A stretch of 47,454 bases of DNA, taken from assembly GCA_945861925.1 (NCBI GenBank), contig CAMAWO010000002.1, positions 1 to 47,454 of the forward strand, written 5' to 3'. Both the position numbers and the translations under genes were made by a program. The notes under the pieces were generated by a model, which saw only the letters and a program-made list of their open reading frames with translations, was not told the origin of the DNA and did not search any database. The stretch's first letter is position 1. Every line of letters begins with the position of its first letter. Origin of the DNA: Bifidobacterium breve. Its GTDB lineage: Bacteria; Actinomycetota; Actinomycetes; S36-B12. Shown here one piece after another: positions 1 through 9,906 of this stretch.

Positions 1-129
1 GGCCGTCGAGACGAACCACTCGCGGCACTCCAACTCCGCCGTGTCGTAGGCGTAGCGACGATAGCCACCCGTCACGGCGAAACGCCCGATCGGCTCGAGT
101 TCAGCCCATAGGGTTTCGAACTCGGTCAC
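1..129 (-). CDS. M20 / carbamoylase-type amidohydrolase, N-terminal fragment (gene runs off window start)
   Basis: Own minus-strand translation from GTG at 129-127: [43 protein letters not shown]. This resembles N-termini of allantoate amidohydrolase / N-carbamoyl-L-amino-acid hydrolase enzymes. GTGA start/stop overlap with the upstream ATPase gene. Only 43 codons are visible. Confidence 0.4.
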   Translation of the reverse strand, partial: MTEFETLWAELEPIGRFAVTGGYRRYAYDTAELECREWFVSTA

Positions 130-893
130 ATGAGCACCTTCGACAGGAATGACTTCGTTCGCTCGTGCTGGGGATTCACGAGGACATCGCGCGGGTGGCC
201 GCTCTCGATGACGACCCCGCCATCCATGAACACCAGGTTGTCGCCCACCTCTCGGGCGAAACCCATCTCGTGCGTGACAACGATCATCGTCATGCCGTCG
301 TCGGCCAGTTGGCGCATGACGTCAAGCACCTCGCCCACCAGTTCGGGATCAAGGGCCGACGTCGGCTCGTCGAAGAGCATGAGCTTCGGTTCCATTGCCA
401 GGGCGCGCGCAATCGCGACTCGCTGCTGCTGGCCACCGGAGAGCTGATTGGGATAGACATCAGCCTTATGCGTCAGGCCGACCCGATCCAGAAGTCGATC
501 AGCCCTTTCTCGAACGACCGCAGCACTTTCGCGCTTCACCCGGATGGGGGCCTCCATGATGTTCGCGAGGGCGGTCATGTGCGGAAACAGATTGAACGTC
601 TGGAAAACCATGCCGATTTCCCGGCGCTTGCGAGCAACCTCCCTCTCGTGCAATTCGTAGAGCTTGCCGCCGTGCTCGCGATAACCGATGAGCTCACCAT
701 CGACCGACAACCGGCCCGCATCGATGCGCTCAAGGTGGTTGATGCACCGCAGGAAGGTCGATTTGCCCGAGCCTGAAGGTCCAACGAGACAGAACACCTC
801 GCCCGTCGCAACCTCTAGCTCGATGCCGTTCAGCACCTGCAGGTGCCCAAAGCTCTTGTGCACCTGCTCGCTCTTCACCATTGGGGCAGTCAC
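126..893 (-). CDS. polar amino-acid ABC transporter ATP-binding protein (GlnQ-like)
   Basis: 255-aa ORF with Walker [13 protein letters not shown] signature [15 protein letters not shown] and Walker [13 protein letters not shown]. 4-nt overlap with the permease gene. Confidence 0.9.
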   Translation of the reverse strand: MTAPMVKSEQVHKSFGHLQVLNGIELEVATGEVFCLVGPSGSGKSTFLRCINHLERIDAGRLSVDGELIGYREHGGKLYELHEREVARKRREIGMVFQTFNLFPHMTALANIMEAPIRVKRESAAVVRERADRLLDRVGLTHKADVYPNQLSGGQQQRVAIARALAMEPKLMLFDEPTSALDPELVGEVLDVMRQLADDGMTMIVVTHEMGFAREVGDNLVFMDGGVVIESGHPRDVLVNPQHERTKSFLSKVLM

Positions 894-1843
894 CTGATAC
901 CTCCGCTAGAACTCGTCACGCTGGGGGCAGGTACCTCAGGCCGAGGCGAGTGGAATGTGAAGAAATTCCGGCGGAGTCGCTGCCACGCGGTCGGCGGCAT
1001 GGTGCGCGCATTGCCCTTTGCGAAGTGCCGTTCGATGTAGTACTGCCCCACGGTCAGGACCGACGTCAAGATCAGGTACCAAAGGCTGGCGACGATGAGG
1101 AGCGGAATCGTCTGGAAGGTCCGAGAGTAAATCGACTGGGCTGAGTAGAGCAGTTCGGGTAGCGTCACGATGCTCACGAGCGACGTGGTCTTGAGCATGC
1201 CGATAGTTTCGTTGCCTGCTGGCGGGATGATCACCCGCATGGCCTGCGGCAGGACGATGCGACGCATCGTGAGCAGCCGGCGCATGCCGAGCGCGTGCGC
1301 CGCCTCGACCTGACCATCGTTGACCGACTGGATCCCCGCTCGCGAGATCTCAGCCATGTACGCCGCCTCATTTAGTCCCAGACCCAAGATGGCTGCGATG
1401 AACGGGGTGATCGCGGCATTCGTCTCGACCGAGAAGAAGGTAGGCCCAAAGGGAACGCCAATCGAAAGTTCGGGGAACAACGCCGCGAGATTGAACCAGA
1501 AGATGAGTTGTACGAGCACCGGAGTGCCCCTGAAGAACCAGATGTAGACCCAGCTGATGGTCGAAAGGACAGGGCTGGGCGATAGTCGCATCACCGCCAG
1601 GATCACGCCGAGCACGATGCCCACCACCATCGCAACGAGGGTGAGATAGAGGGTCTGGCCAACGCCCTTGAGGATCGTCTCGGAGGTGAAGTACTGCCCG
1701 ACGACACCCCACTGAAACAGCGGGTTGCTCACAAGCGCGTTGACGAACATGGCGGCCAGCACAAGCATGGCGGCTACTGTCAGCCAGCGCCCCGGGTGTC
1801 GCAGTGGTACGGCCTTGATCGGGCTCACCTCACCGGAACTCAA
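890..1843 (-). CDS. amino-acid ABC transporter permease (His/Glu/Gln/Arg/opine family)
   Basis: 317-aa multi-TM ORF with a typical EAA-like loop ([22 protein letters not shown]). Overlaps neighbours by 4 nt on both sides. Confidence 0.85.
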   Translation of the reverse strand: MSSGEVSPIKAVPLRHPGRWLTVAAMLVLAAMFVNALVSNPLFQWGVVGQYFTSETILKGVGQTLYLTLVAMVVGIVLGVILAVMRLSPSPVLSTISWVYIWFFRGTPVLVQLIFWFNLAALFPELSIGVPFGPTFFSVETNAAITPFIAAILGLGLNEAAYMAEISRAGIQSVNDGQVEAAHALGMRRLLTMRRIVLPQAMRVIIPPAGNETIGMLKTTSLVSIVTLPELLYSAQSIYSRTFQTIPLLIVASLWYLILTSVLTVGQYYIERHFAKGNARTMPPTAWQRLRRNFFTFHSPRPEVPAPSVTSSSGGIR

Positions 1844-2952
1844 CTGATCTCCTCTGCCGCGCCCGTCGGTCCCGTTGCCTTGCTGGCAGCAGTCTGGCTC
1901 ACTCGAGTCCGGGGGAAGTGCAGAACTGGAAAGCCGAGCTCGGCCAACGACGTCCGGTAGGCAACGGCGATCCGGTCGAACGTCATCTGGAGTTCGGCGC
2001 CGAGATCAAGGGGCAGCCACTCCGGCCGTTGCCACTCCACGACGCGCTGGTCTTCCTCAAAGAAGGGGATGAATCCCGCATCAAGCTCTGGCCCGGTGTA
2101 GACCAGCGTGTTCGGAAAGGACGTCACCCAGAAGATTTTCGTCTCCTGAGCCGAAACCGGGCACATTGCGATGTAGGTGTAGTAGGCAATATCGTCTTTG
2201 CCAGCGCCCTTGATCCAGCAGGCGAAGGGGAGCTCAGCTCGATACTCGTAGTCGACGAACCTGGTCGCGGGCTTCCCATCAATCGGCGGCGACCAGCGGT
2301 CCCTCGTGAGGTACGGGAAATTGAAGGTGATCGAGAGATCGTCCATATTCGTGATCGGACGATAGGGCTCGACAATCTCAATATCGGGGTTGCCGAAGTT
2401 TCCCGCATGGAGCACGCCGAAGTGTGAGATGTCCAAGAAGTTCTCGACCATCCGCGGTGCCTGGCACTGCCATGTTGGCGGCGCTCCCGCGTACAGCCAC
2501 CAGTCGGGATTCGTGGCTTCCGGCACAACAGGGATACCTCGGCGCTCCTCGCCCTCCTGCGCAAGGCAGGTCCAGACCAGGCCCGCGTAGTCGACGACCC
2601 GATAGGCGGCAATCCGGACCTTCTCGGCGAGCGCCTGGTTAGAAACCTGTGGGATGCGTAGGCACTGGCCATCGGCGTCGTACTCCCACGCGTGGTACGG
2701 GCACCTGATGCATCCCTCGTCGGTGACCGTGCCGCCAGCGGAGAGCATCGTGCCGCGGTGGGCGCACAGGTCGTCGGTGAGGCCCAAGGTCCCGTCCGCT
2801 GAGCGCCAGAGTGCGAGGTCCTCGTCGAGGAGTCTCACGCCAATGACCTCACCGGACCCAACGTCGGCCGAGCGCGCGATCGGGTGCCAGTAGGGGCGAG
2901 CGGCATCGAGAAACAGTGCTTCGTCCTGTGGCGATCGGGCTGGTGTTCGCAC
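1840..2952 (-). CDS. Rieske [2Fe-2S] non-haem-iron oxygenase alpha subunit (no beta subunit adjacent)
   Basis: Rieske motif CAHRGTMLSAGGTVTDEGCIRCPYH and mononuclear-iron motif ENFLDISHFGVLH. Start chosen at GTG 2952, preceded by GAGG 5 nt upstream and 8 nt after the stop of the upstream gene. The ORF track's ATG at 2991 is an alternative. Confidence 0.8.
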   Translation of the reverse strand: MRTPARSPQDEALFLDAARPYWHPIARSADVGSGEVIGVRLLDEDLALWRSADGTLGLTDDLCAHRGTMLSAGGTVTDEGCIRCPYHAWEYDADGQCLRIPQVSNQALAEKVRIAAYRVVDYAGLVWTCLAQEGEERRGIPVVPEATNPDWWLYAGAPPTWQCQAPRMVENFLDISHFGVLHAGNFGNPDIEIVEPYRPITNMDDLSITFNFPYLTRDRWSPPIDGKPATRFVDYEYRAELPFACWIKGAGKDDIAYYTYIAMCPVSAQETKIFWVTSFPNTLVYTGPELDAGFIPFFEEDQRVVEWQRPEWLPLDLGAELQMTFDRIAVAYRTSLAELGFPVLHFPRTRVSQTAASKATGPTGAAEEIS

Positions 2953-2959
2953 TGCTACC

Positions 2960-3991
2960 TCACAATGTCGATGGGTCGAGTTCTTGGCCAATACTCATGA
3001 GGTAATTCCCGCGCACAACGAGCGGAGGCACTCGACGAGTTACGACCGTGCCTCCCATCTCGACGCGAACGGGCCGGGACCCCATATCCGGGTCGTCGAC
3101 AGCGTGTAGCCAACCAACGACATCCCCCGCTCCGACTCGGTCACCGAGCCCCACGGCCGGCTCGAAAAGCCCAGGACCGGGCGCCATCACTGACGAGCGC
3201 GAGTCATTGACATCGATGAATTGAGTGCCGGCCGTAGGCGGCGCGTCCGCCTCCCGAAGCACTCCCCAGTGATGGAGGAGCCGATTGAGCCCATCGCGGG
3301 CGGCCCTCAGCGTGTGCAGGTTGATCGTCCCTCCACCGGAGAGTTCAGTCGACACCATGACGACCCCGGCCTGATCGCAGGCAGTGTCCATCGCACGGTT
3401 CTCGGTGCACTCGTCGTAGACAAGTGTGTAGGGCAAACCCATGGCGACCATTGCAGCAGCCTGCGCTGCCGAATCTCGACCGTGGGGCATGCGGGTCATG
3501 AACCCGCACGGCACGTATTCCGAGGCCTTTCCTCCGGAATGTAGGTCAGCGGCGAATGTGCAATGCGGCAGCACGTACCGAGTCAGGTAGTCGGCGAGCG
3601 CATAGGTCGGCGTCCCGTCGGGATCTCCCGGGTAGGCCCGATTGAGGTTTCCGCCATCGAGAGGTGAGATTCGACTGCTGTCGAGCACCGCCGGCAGGTT
3701 CAGCGCGGGCATGATGATGATGCGCCCGCTTACCTGACTCGGCGTGAGCGTCCTGGCGAGATTCTGCAGGAGGATCTGCCCCTCGTACTCGTCGCCATGC
3801 GTGCCAGCCGTGAGGAGCACGGTCGGGCCAGGGCTCCCGTTGATGATCACAACGGGCACGGGGATGACGCCGTATTCAATCCCGGGGGTTGTCGAGTGGA
3901 CGAGGCCAATGTGGCCAACCGTGCGCCCGGGTGCATCGAGGTCGAGGGTGGTACTCGTGCGAGTCGGCGGGCCGAAATCTCTCGCTGTCAT
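2960..3991 (-). CDS. succinylglutamate desuccinylase / aspartoacylase (AstE/AspA) family zinc deacylase
   Basis: GTHGDEYEGQ and DLHSGG metal-ligand motifs. Start set at internal ATG 3991 (MTARDFG...), because the 395-aa ORF would otherwise overlap the upstream binding-protein gene. Confidence 0.75.
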   Translation of the reverse strand: MTARDFGPPTRTSTTLDLDAPGRTVGHIGLVHSTTPGIEYGVIPVPVVIINGSPGPTVLLTAGTHGDEYEGQILLQNLARTLTPSQVSGRIIIMPALNLPAVLDSSRISPLDGGNLNRAYPGDPDGTPTYALADYLTRYVLPHCTFAADLHSGGKASEYVPCGFMTRMPHGRDSAAQAAAMVAMGLPYTLVYDECTENRAMDTACDQAGVVMVSTELSGGGTINLHTLRAARDGLNRLLHHWGVLREADAPPTAGTQFIDVNDSRSSVMAPGPGLFEPAVGLGDRVGAGDVVGWLHAVDDPDMGSRPVRVEMGGTVVTRRVPPLVVRGNYLMSIGQELDPSTL

Positions 3992-4089
3992 GTCGGGTGC
4001 CTGCCTCGTCGGTGGGTGTTGGTTCTCTCGTGAGCAGGTGGCGGGAAGGCCGCTCGGCCTTCCCACCACCTCCAGCTCATCCGTTCGAT

Positions 4090-5043
4090 CTAGCCCTTTG
4101 CCGCGTTGATCGTCGCGGTCGTCACCTTGCCGGAGGACAGGCCCCACTTGTCGGCGATGGCCCCATACGTGCCGTCGTCCATCAGCCCTTGCAGGGCTGC
4201 GGATGCAGCTTCCGCCATGCCGCCACCCTTCTTGAACACCATGCCACCGGGGCCCGCGTTGATGAGCGGCCCCACTGCGATCTCAAAGGCCCCTGCCGAA
4301 TTCTGGGCGATGTAGGCGGCATTCCCGCTGTCGGCGATCGCCACGTCGGCGCGGCCGCTCTGAAGTGCGAGCGGAAGCTCCTCCGATCCACCGAGCGAAA
4401 GCACCTCAATTGGAGCCATGCCGGCGGCCTTGCAGTCAGCATCAATGGCAGGGATCGTGACGACCTCCTGGGTACTGCCCTTGAGCACTGCGGTCTTGAC
4501 ACCGCAAAGCCGGGTGTCGAGGGACAGCCCCTTCGGGTTGCCGGTAAGGACGAGTGCCGAATCGCCGGACTCGAAGTAGGTGACGAAGTCAACCTCCTTT
4601 TGGCGCTCCGGAGTGATGGAGAATGCGGATACTCCAGCCTCGTAGCGGTTGCTGGCGAGCGACGGGATGATCGAGTCAAATGCCGCGTCAACAATCACGA
4701 GCTGGAGTCCGAGGCGGTTCGCCATCTCAGTTGCCAGATCGACATCGAATCCAATCGGTGTGACGTTGTCAGTGTCCTTGTAGCCGAATGGCGGGTAGGC
4801 GACCTCCATGCCGACGGTCAGTGCCCCATCATCGGCAATACCCACCGGGAGCAGTGCGACTGCCGCCGCGTCAACACCGGCAGCAGCTGCCGAGGCTGCG
4901 GGCGCAGATGGTGATGCAGCCGGAGCAGTTGCTGAGGACTCCGCCGTAGTGCTGCCACCGCAGGCGGCTAGCCCCAGTACCAACGCTGCGGCCGAGACCG
5001 TGATGCAGGCGGCTCGCGCCCGCGTCGTGGAAGTTTTGCTCAT
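4090..5043 (-). CDS. amino-acid ABC transporter substrate-binding lipoprotein (SBP family 3)
   Basis: Start at ATG 5043, preceded by GGAGG. Signal peptide with lipobox LGLAAC. SBP_bac_3-like core (LTVGMEVAYPPFGYKD...GFDVDLA). Confidence 0.85.
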   Translation of the reverse strand: MSKTSTTRARAACITVSAAALVLGLAACGGSTTAESSATAPAASPSAPAASAAAAGVDAAAVALLPVGIADDGALTVGMEVAYPPFGYKDTDNVTPIGFDVDLATEMANRLGLQLVIVDAAFDSIIPSLASNRYEAGVSAFSITPERQKEVDFVTYFESGDSALVLTGNPKGLSLDTRLCGVKTAVLKGSTQEVVTIPAIDADCKAAGMAPIEVLSLGGSEELPLALQSGRADVAIADSGNAAYIAQNSAGAFEIAVGPLINAGPGGMVFKKGGGMAEAASAALQGLMDDGTYGAIADKWGLSSGKVTTATINAAKG

Positions 5044-5131
5044 TGTGCTGCCTCCTTGAAATGGCCGGGCGCGGTGCCCGGACCTGATATTTGCCCTGCG
5101 CGAGTGCGCTCTTGTCTTAAATGACGTGGGT

Positions 5132-6169
5132 CTAGTGAACTGCCTGCTTGACTTCGGAGATGCGCGCCTCAAGCTCGGCGGCAAGTCGCTGGGCGGATAT
5201 CCGTCTCGCCTTGGCCACGCCGGCATCTTGGGCGATCAGCACATCGTGCTCGTTGGCTGGCCTGCCTCGAAGGCCAATCTCCTGCCACTCGAGGGCGTCG
5301 GCATCCTCCTGCAGGACGGTCTTCAGGCCCTCAATCAGCTCGTCGGTCGCCCACTGCTGGTCCACCCCAAAGTTGCGTGAAAATGCATAGAAATACCAAC
5401 TGTTTTCAGCATCAATCGGCGTGATGCCGTTGAGGACCTTGATCAGGAAGCCCTCTTCTCTCGGGCGGCCTTCGCCAGTGATGCCCGAGTGAAGAATGTG
5501 GAAGCTCGGAATATGGAACTCCGTGCAGTGGAATCGGTCGTACAGGCCTTCGGTCGCCATGGTGCTCGCATACAGCGGTGGCGCAGCCACGCTCGGCATC
5601 AGCCTGTCGACGCTCACGACCTGCCCATCGACCTCGACGGTCACGCCGTGCTTGTAGATGTAATCATCGCCAACGGTGGACGTATGGATGAATGACTCGT
5701 GAGTAAGATCCAGCAGATTGTCATGGATGAGGTCCGCGCGGCACTTGAAATGGAAGCTGTGCGTCACGGTGGCCCACGCTGGATCATTCATCCAGTGGGT
5801 GTCGGGCACCATGCCCACGTCGGCCAGATCCCGGTCGCCCGTCCAGATCCAGATCCATCCATCCTTTTCGACCACGGGAAATGACCGCACCCGGGCGCGC
5901 TCGGGAATCGATTCCTGGGCCGGCACCCGCACGCACGCACCCTCGCAGTCGAAGGTGAAGCCGTGGTACCCGCACTCAATCGAATCGTCGACGACACGTC
6001 CGGCCGAGAGGGGAAACGCACGATGCGCACAGCGATCCTCGAGAGCCACTGCACCACCGTCGCGTTTGCGATAAAGCACTACCGGGATCTCGCAGATCAC
6101 CCTGCGGATCGGCTCGCGAATCACCTCTGTTGTCCAGGCCGCGACGTACCACGTGTTGAGGATGTACAT
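5132..6169 (-). CDS. Rieske oxygenase alpha subunit, VanA/demethylase-like
   Basis: Rieske motif CAHRAFPLSAGRVVDDSIECGYH and iron motif DNLLDLTHESFIH. Start at ATG 6169 (MYILNTWYVAAW), with GGAGG 4 nt upstream. The upstream in-frame extension to 6430 overlaps the divergent regulator region. Confidence 0.8.
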   Translation of the reverse strand: MYILNTWYVAAWTTEVIREPIRRVICEIPVVLYRKRDGGAVALEDRCAHRAFPLSAGRVVDDSIECGYHGFTFDCEGACVRVPAQESIPERARVRSFPVVEKDGWIWIWTGDRDLADVGMVPDTHWMNDPAWATVTHSFHFKCRADLIHDNLLDLTHESFIHTSTVGDDYIYKHGVTVEVDGQVVSVDRLMPSVAAPPLYASTMATEGLYDRFHCTEFHIPSFHILHSGITGEGRPREEGFLIKVLNGITPIDAENSWYFYAFSRNFGVDQQWATDELIEGLKTVLQEDADALEWQEIGLRGRPANEHDVLIAQDAGVAKARRISAQRLAAELEARISEVKQAVH

Positions 6170-6180
6170 GTCGCCTCCGG

Positions 6181-6207
6181 GATACATTGGATACATTGGA
6201 TACATTC
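6181..6207. repeat. 3 x 9-bp tandem direct repeat (GATACATTG, GATACATTG, GATACATTC) in a divergent promoter region
   Basis: Read directly from the sequence. On the minus strand it reads ATGTATCC(A/C) x3, immediately 5' of the GGAGG and ATG of the Rieske gene. Confidence 0.9.
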
Positions 6208-6295
6208 TGAAACCTAACAGCAGTCGATGCCCTTGCGAGGCACTATCGCAACATTGGTAAACAGAACATCGTTGAGAAGGAGCAGGATCGTGACC

Positions 6296-6982
6296 ATGTC
6301 GTTCGCCCGTCCGGCCGGCGGCCTCGCAAAGACTGCGCAAGACCCCCGCCCCCTCGCCGTCCGCGTGTACGAGAGCGTCCGCGACAGCATCGTGACCGGC
6401 CAGATCGAACCGAACACCCAATTGGTGCAAGAGCAGGTTGCGGAGGCCCTTGGCGTCTCACGCACGCCGGTGCGCGACGCGCTCCTCCGACTTGCCCACG
6501 AGGGTCTCGTTACTCGGATCTCCGGTGGCGGATACCTTGTGAACGACCTCGCCGAGCAGGACATCCACGACATTTTCGAGGTCAGGCAAAGCCTCGAGTC
6601 ACTCGCCGTTCGGCTCTCCTTCGGCCGCCACACTCCCGGTCAACTGACGCTCCTGCGCGCACTGGTCGACGAGATGGCCGAGCGGGCCGCCGATCCTGAT
6701 GCCCCCTGGTTCGAACTCAACCGAGACTTCCATGTGGCCTTAATCGCCCCGTGCGGGAATCAGGCGCTCATCTCGATGCTCGGTGAACTTTGGAACAAGC
6801 CGGTCAATCGCCTCATCACCCGGCAGTACGTGAGCGACCCCGGGCACATCCACCGCATGGTGGGCGAGCATCGAGCCTTGGTCGAAGCAGCCGCCTCAAC
6901 AGATGCCGACATCATGAACGCCCTGGCCCTCGAGCACCTGCAGCTGGGCTACGGCGAAATCTCCATTGAACGGCAACGCTAA
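6296..6982 (+). CDS. GntR-family transcriptional regulator (FadR/FCD-type C-terminal domain)
   Basis: Winged-HTH region QLVQEQVAEALGVSRTPVRDALLRLAHEGLV followed by a helical C-terminal domain. Divergent from the Rieske/ABC operon. An in-frame GTG at 6290, after GAAGGAG, is an alternative start. Confidence 0.85.
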   Translation: MSFARPAGGLAKTAQDPRPLAVRVYESVRDSIVTGQIEPNTQLVQEQVAEALGVSRTPVRDALLRLAHEGLVTRISGGGYLVNDLAEQDIHDIFEVRQSLESLAVRLSFGRHTPGQLTLLRALVDEMAERAADPDAPWFELNRDFHVALIAPCGNQALISMLGELWNKPVNRLITRQYVSDPGHIHRMVGEHRALVEAAASTDADIMNALALEHLQLGYGEISIERQR

Positions 6983-6983
6983 A

Positions 6984-7724
6984 TCAGGAGAAGTAGGTCT
7001 CGATGCCCGCTGCAATCCACTCGGCGTATTGCTGCTGGCCCTGACTTGTTGACATTCGCGCGGCGTCCGCCTTGTTTCGCATGTTGCCAAGTTCGACGAT
7101 CACCGTCGGGACGTCGCTGAAGTTCAGCGTGGTCTGATCACCGCGGATCGACAGCGTGCTCGACAGGTAGGTTGCGGGCTCGGCACCGGCGCGAGTCATG
7201 CCGCTGATCATCGCGCGGGCCAGCTGGCGGCCCGGCTTCGCGACGTCGGTCGTCCAGCCCTTAATGGCGCTAGGCGCAATGACGTGGAACCCGCGACCGC
7301 TCGCGGGGGCGCCATCGGCGTGGATGCTGATCATGGCGTCGGCCTTGGCCTCAGTGCCGATCCTGGCCCGGTCCCAGGTGCAGGGGCCCCAAGCCTCGCG
7401 CGAGTTCGACGAGCGAGTAAACACCACTGTCGCGCCCTGATCCTCGAGTAGCGCACGCAGTCGCTTCGCGACGCGCCAGTTGAAGGTCGCCTCGGGCAGC
7501 CCGGCATTCGTTGCGGTGCCGGTCGTGTTGCAGCCCTTAACTATCGAGCCGTTGAACTTTGTCGCGCTCACCTCCTTGGCGAACTTCGGGTTCGAGTTGC
7601 CGAGCTGATGGCCGGGATCGAGGACGATGATGCGCCCAGCAAGCGGCTTCTCGGCAGCAGCGGCCGGCGCCTGGAAAGCCAGTCCGAGCAGGGAGGCAGC
7701 AAGGACCGCGGGGATAAGCCTCAT
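6984..7724 (-). CDS. secreted N-acetylmuramoyl-L-alanine amidase (Amidase_3 type)
   Basis: N-terminal signal peptide ([23 protein letters not shown]). Motifs IIVLDPGH, ISIHADG and VELGNMRN are typical of Amidase_3. Confidence 0.8.
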   Translation of the reverse strand: MRLIPAVLAASLLGLAFQAPAAAAEKPLAGRIIVLDPGHQLGNSNPKFAKEVSATKFNGSIVKGCNTTGTATNAGLPEATFNWRVAKRLRALLEDQGATVVFTRSSNSREAWGPCTWDRARIGTEAKADAMISIHADGAPASGRGFHVIAPSAIKGWTTDVAKPGRQLARAMISGMTRAGAEPATYLSSTLSIRGDQTTLNFSDVPTVIVELGNMRNKADAARMSTSQGQQQYAEWIAAGIETYFS

Positions 7725-8230
7725 AGCACCAGCAGCATACGGTGGTTGCCGAGCGTGTTCGGCTTCGCACGCTCAAGCCCCAGCATCTCGGCGACACCCT
7801 CGTCATATGAGTCGAGCAACTGCTCGTACACCGCATGATCGACGGGCACACCGTCGATTTCCACGAACCCGTGGCGAGCAAAGAACTCGGTCGCGAAGGT
7901 CAGGCAGAACACTCGTTTGATGCCGAGGGTGCGAGCCCTCGCCAGCAATGCAAGCAGGACAGCGGACCCGATGCCAGTGCGCTGGGTGCCCGGCACGACG
8001 GCGACGGTGCGCACCTCAGCGAGATCCTCCCACAGGACGTGGAGCGCCCCGCAGCCGAGCACCTCACCACCTGAGGTCCCATCGACTGCCACGACGAATT
8101 CCTGCACATCCTCGTAAAGCGTCACCATGCTCTTCTTCAGCATCCGCGGGCCGTCGCCCGCAAAGCTGTCGACGAGCGCCCGAATCGCTCGGACATCACC
8201 GGTCTCGGCCGGCCGAATGATTGCGTTCAT
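7721..8230 (-). CDS. GNAT-family N-acetyltransferase
   Basis: 169 aa with the acetyl-CoA-binding motif [10 protein letters not shown]. 4-nt overlaps with lysS and the amidase gene. Confidence 0.8.
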   Translation of the reverse strand: MNAIIRPAETGDVRAIRALVDSFAGDGPRMLKKSMVTLYEDVQEFVVAVDGTSGGEVLGCGALHVLWEDLAEVRTVAVVPGTQRTGIGSAVLLALLARARTLGIKRVFCLTFATEFFARHGFVEIDGVPVDHAVYEQLLDSYDEGVAEMLGLERAKPNTLGNHRMLLVL

Positions 8231-9744
8231 CGCTCTGGTTTCACGAGCGGGAACAGGATGGTCTCGCGGATGCCGAGCCCAGTGAGCGTCATGAGAAGCC
8301 GGTCGATGCCGATGCCCACGCCTCCTGACGGCGGCATGCCGTATTCCAGTGCTCGCAGGAAGTCCTCGTCGAGGCGCATCGCTTCGGCATCGCCCCCTGC
8401 GCCGAGCGCGGCCTGCTCCACGAGCCGCTGGCGCTGGATGACGGGGTCGACGAGCTCGGAGTAGCCGGTGGCCTGCTCATAGCCGTTGACGTACAGGTCC
8501 CATTTCTCCACCTTGCCGGCATCCGTGCGGTGGTCGCGCACGAGCGGCGAGGTATCGACCGGGAAGTCCATGACAAAGACTGGTCGACCCTCGAAGGAGT
8601 CGATAACGTGATGCTCGAACAGCCCCTCCACGAGCTTGCCGGCAATCGCCGACGACTGCACCTCGATCCCCGCCTTCGAGCAGAGGGCGAGCAGTTCCTC
8701 CCGACTCGTCATCGGGGTGATCTCGACCCCGACGGCGTCCGAGGTCGACCCATAGAGCGAGATCTCCGGCCACACCCCCGAGAGGTCGTGGACCGAGCCG
8801 TCCGCGTGCACCACCTCGAGGGTGCCAACGGCCGCCAGGGCTGCCTCTTGGATGAGCTCACGGGTGAGCGCCGCTACGTCGCGATAGTCGGCGTAGGCCT
8901 GATAAAACTCGAGCATCGCAAACTCTGGTGAATGGGTGGAGTCGGCGCCCTCATTACGGAAGTTTCGGTTGATCTCGAAGACCCGCTCGATTCCGCCGAC
9001 GACTGCTCGCTTCAAGAACAGCTCCGGTGCAATCCGAAGAAAGAGCTCGAGGTCAAAGGCGTTGGACGTTGTCACGAACGGACGGGCCGTGGCACCGCCG
9101 TGCATCGTCTGGAGCATCGGGGTCTCGATCTCGAGGAACCCCCGGGAATCGAGGCTGCGGCGCAGGGCTGCCACCGCCGCCACGCGAGTGCGCGCCATCT
9201 GGCGGGCCTCCGGCCGCATGATGAGGTCGACGTAGCGCTGGCGGACCCGGGTGTCCTCGCTCAGGGGCTTATGGGAGACCGGTAGCGGACGCAGTGCCTT
9301 CGCGGCCATCGACCACGTGTCGGCGAGCACCGAGAGTTCGCCCCGTTTTGAGGTGATGACCTCACCGTGGACGAACACATGATCGCCGATATCTACCAGC
9401 GCTTTCCAAGAATCAAGCTGCTCCTCGCCGACATTTGCCAGCGACAGCATCGCCTGGAGTTCGACGCCCTCGCCGGAACGAAGGGTGGCGAAGCAGAGCT
9501 TGCCGGTATTGCGGACGAACATAACTCGCCCAGCGACACCCACCTTCTCACCGGTCGCCCCATCGGGTTCGAGATCAGGGTACGCCGCGCGAACACCGGC
9601 AATGGTCGAGGTGATCGGTACCTGGACCGGGTACGGATCTATACCCGCTTCGGTGAGGCGCTCGCGCTTATCGCGCCGGATCCGCATCTGCTCGGGAAGG
9701 TCTTCCTCCGGCTCGACGACAACCTCTGCCTGCTCAGTGCTCAC
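8227..9744 (-). CDS. lysS: lysine--tRNA ligase (class II)
   Basis: 505 aa with an OB-fold N-terminal part and class II core motifs including [23 protein letters not shown] and [13 protein letters not shown] start. Confidence 0.95.
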   Translation of the reverse strand: MSTEQAEVVVEPEEDLPEQMRIRRDKRERLTEAGIDPYPVQVPITSTIAGVRAAYPDLEPDGATGEKVGVAGRVMFVRNTGKLCFATLRSGEGVELQAMLSLANVGEEQLDSWKALVDIGDHVFVHGEVITSKRGELSVLADTWSMAAKALRPLPVSHKPLSEDTRVRQRYVDLIMRPEARQMARTRVAAVAALRRSLDSRGFLEIETPMLQTMHGGATARPFVTTSNAFDLELFLRIAPELFLKRAVVGGIERVFEINRNFRNEGADSTHSPEFAMLEFYQAYADYRDVAALTRELIQEAALAAVGTLEVVHADGSVHDLSGVWPEISLYGSTSDAVGVEITPMTSREELLALCSKAGIEVQSSAIAGKLVEGLFEHHVIDSFEGRPVFVMDFPVDTSPLVRDHRTDAGKVEKWDLYVNGYEQATGYSELVDPVIQRQRLVEQAALGAGGDAEAMRLDEDFLRALEYGMPPSGGVGIGIDRLLMTLTGLGIRETILFPLVKPER

Positions 9745-9906
9745 GAAGCACAGGGTATGCGATCGATGGAAGACCCCTCCTCACTCACGACGTGAGGGGT
9801 CTCGTGGGACAGGACCTTCGGCCATGGAGTCCCTACGAAGGTCACTATCTGACGCCCTGCGATCTACGCGACAGTGCACTCACCAAACCTAATGAGGAGA
9901 AAAACC

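Noticed and set aside
3889-4914. 341-aa plus-strand ORF spanning the deacylase/binding-protein junction
   Set aside because: It is antisense to two well-supported genes. The translation is Arg/Gly/Cys-rich with no motifs. This is a typical spurious long ORF in high-GC DNA.
5044-5131. Hairpin CCGGGCgcggtGCCCGG between the first Rieske gene and the binding-protein gene, as a possible attenuator
   Set aside because: It has a short 6-bp stem and a weak T-tract. It lies inside an otherwise tightly packed operon, so the evidence is insufficient for a regulatory call.
6181-6207. CRISPR-like interpretation of the short tandem repeats (also considered for 40757-40848)
   Set aside because: There are only 2-3 copies. 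They have either no spacers (9-bp units are contiguous) or a single 25-nt spacer. No cas genes are present. These are not CRISPR arrays.
6170-6430. N-terminal 87-codon extension of the Rieske ORF (and similar extensions of ORFs 2960-4147, 4090-5226, 23522-25558, 35259-36419, 36443-37381)
   Set aside because: The extensions lack protein-like sequence and overlap upstream genes or promoters. Internal starts with good Shine-Dalgarno sequences give products of the expected family length.
9745-9906. Possible T-box or riboswitch leader upstream of lysS (GC-rich hairpin GACCCCTC...GAGGGGTC at 9772-9801)
   Set aside because: The intergenic region is only about 160 bp and is shared with a divergent gene. 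It holds one simple hairpin. I could not recognise T-box specifier/antiterminator elements or L-box features.
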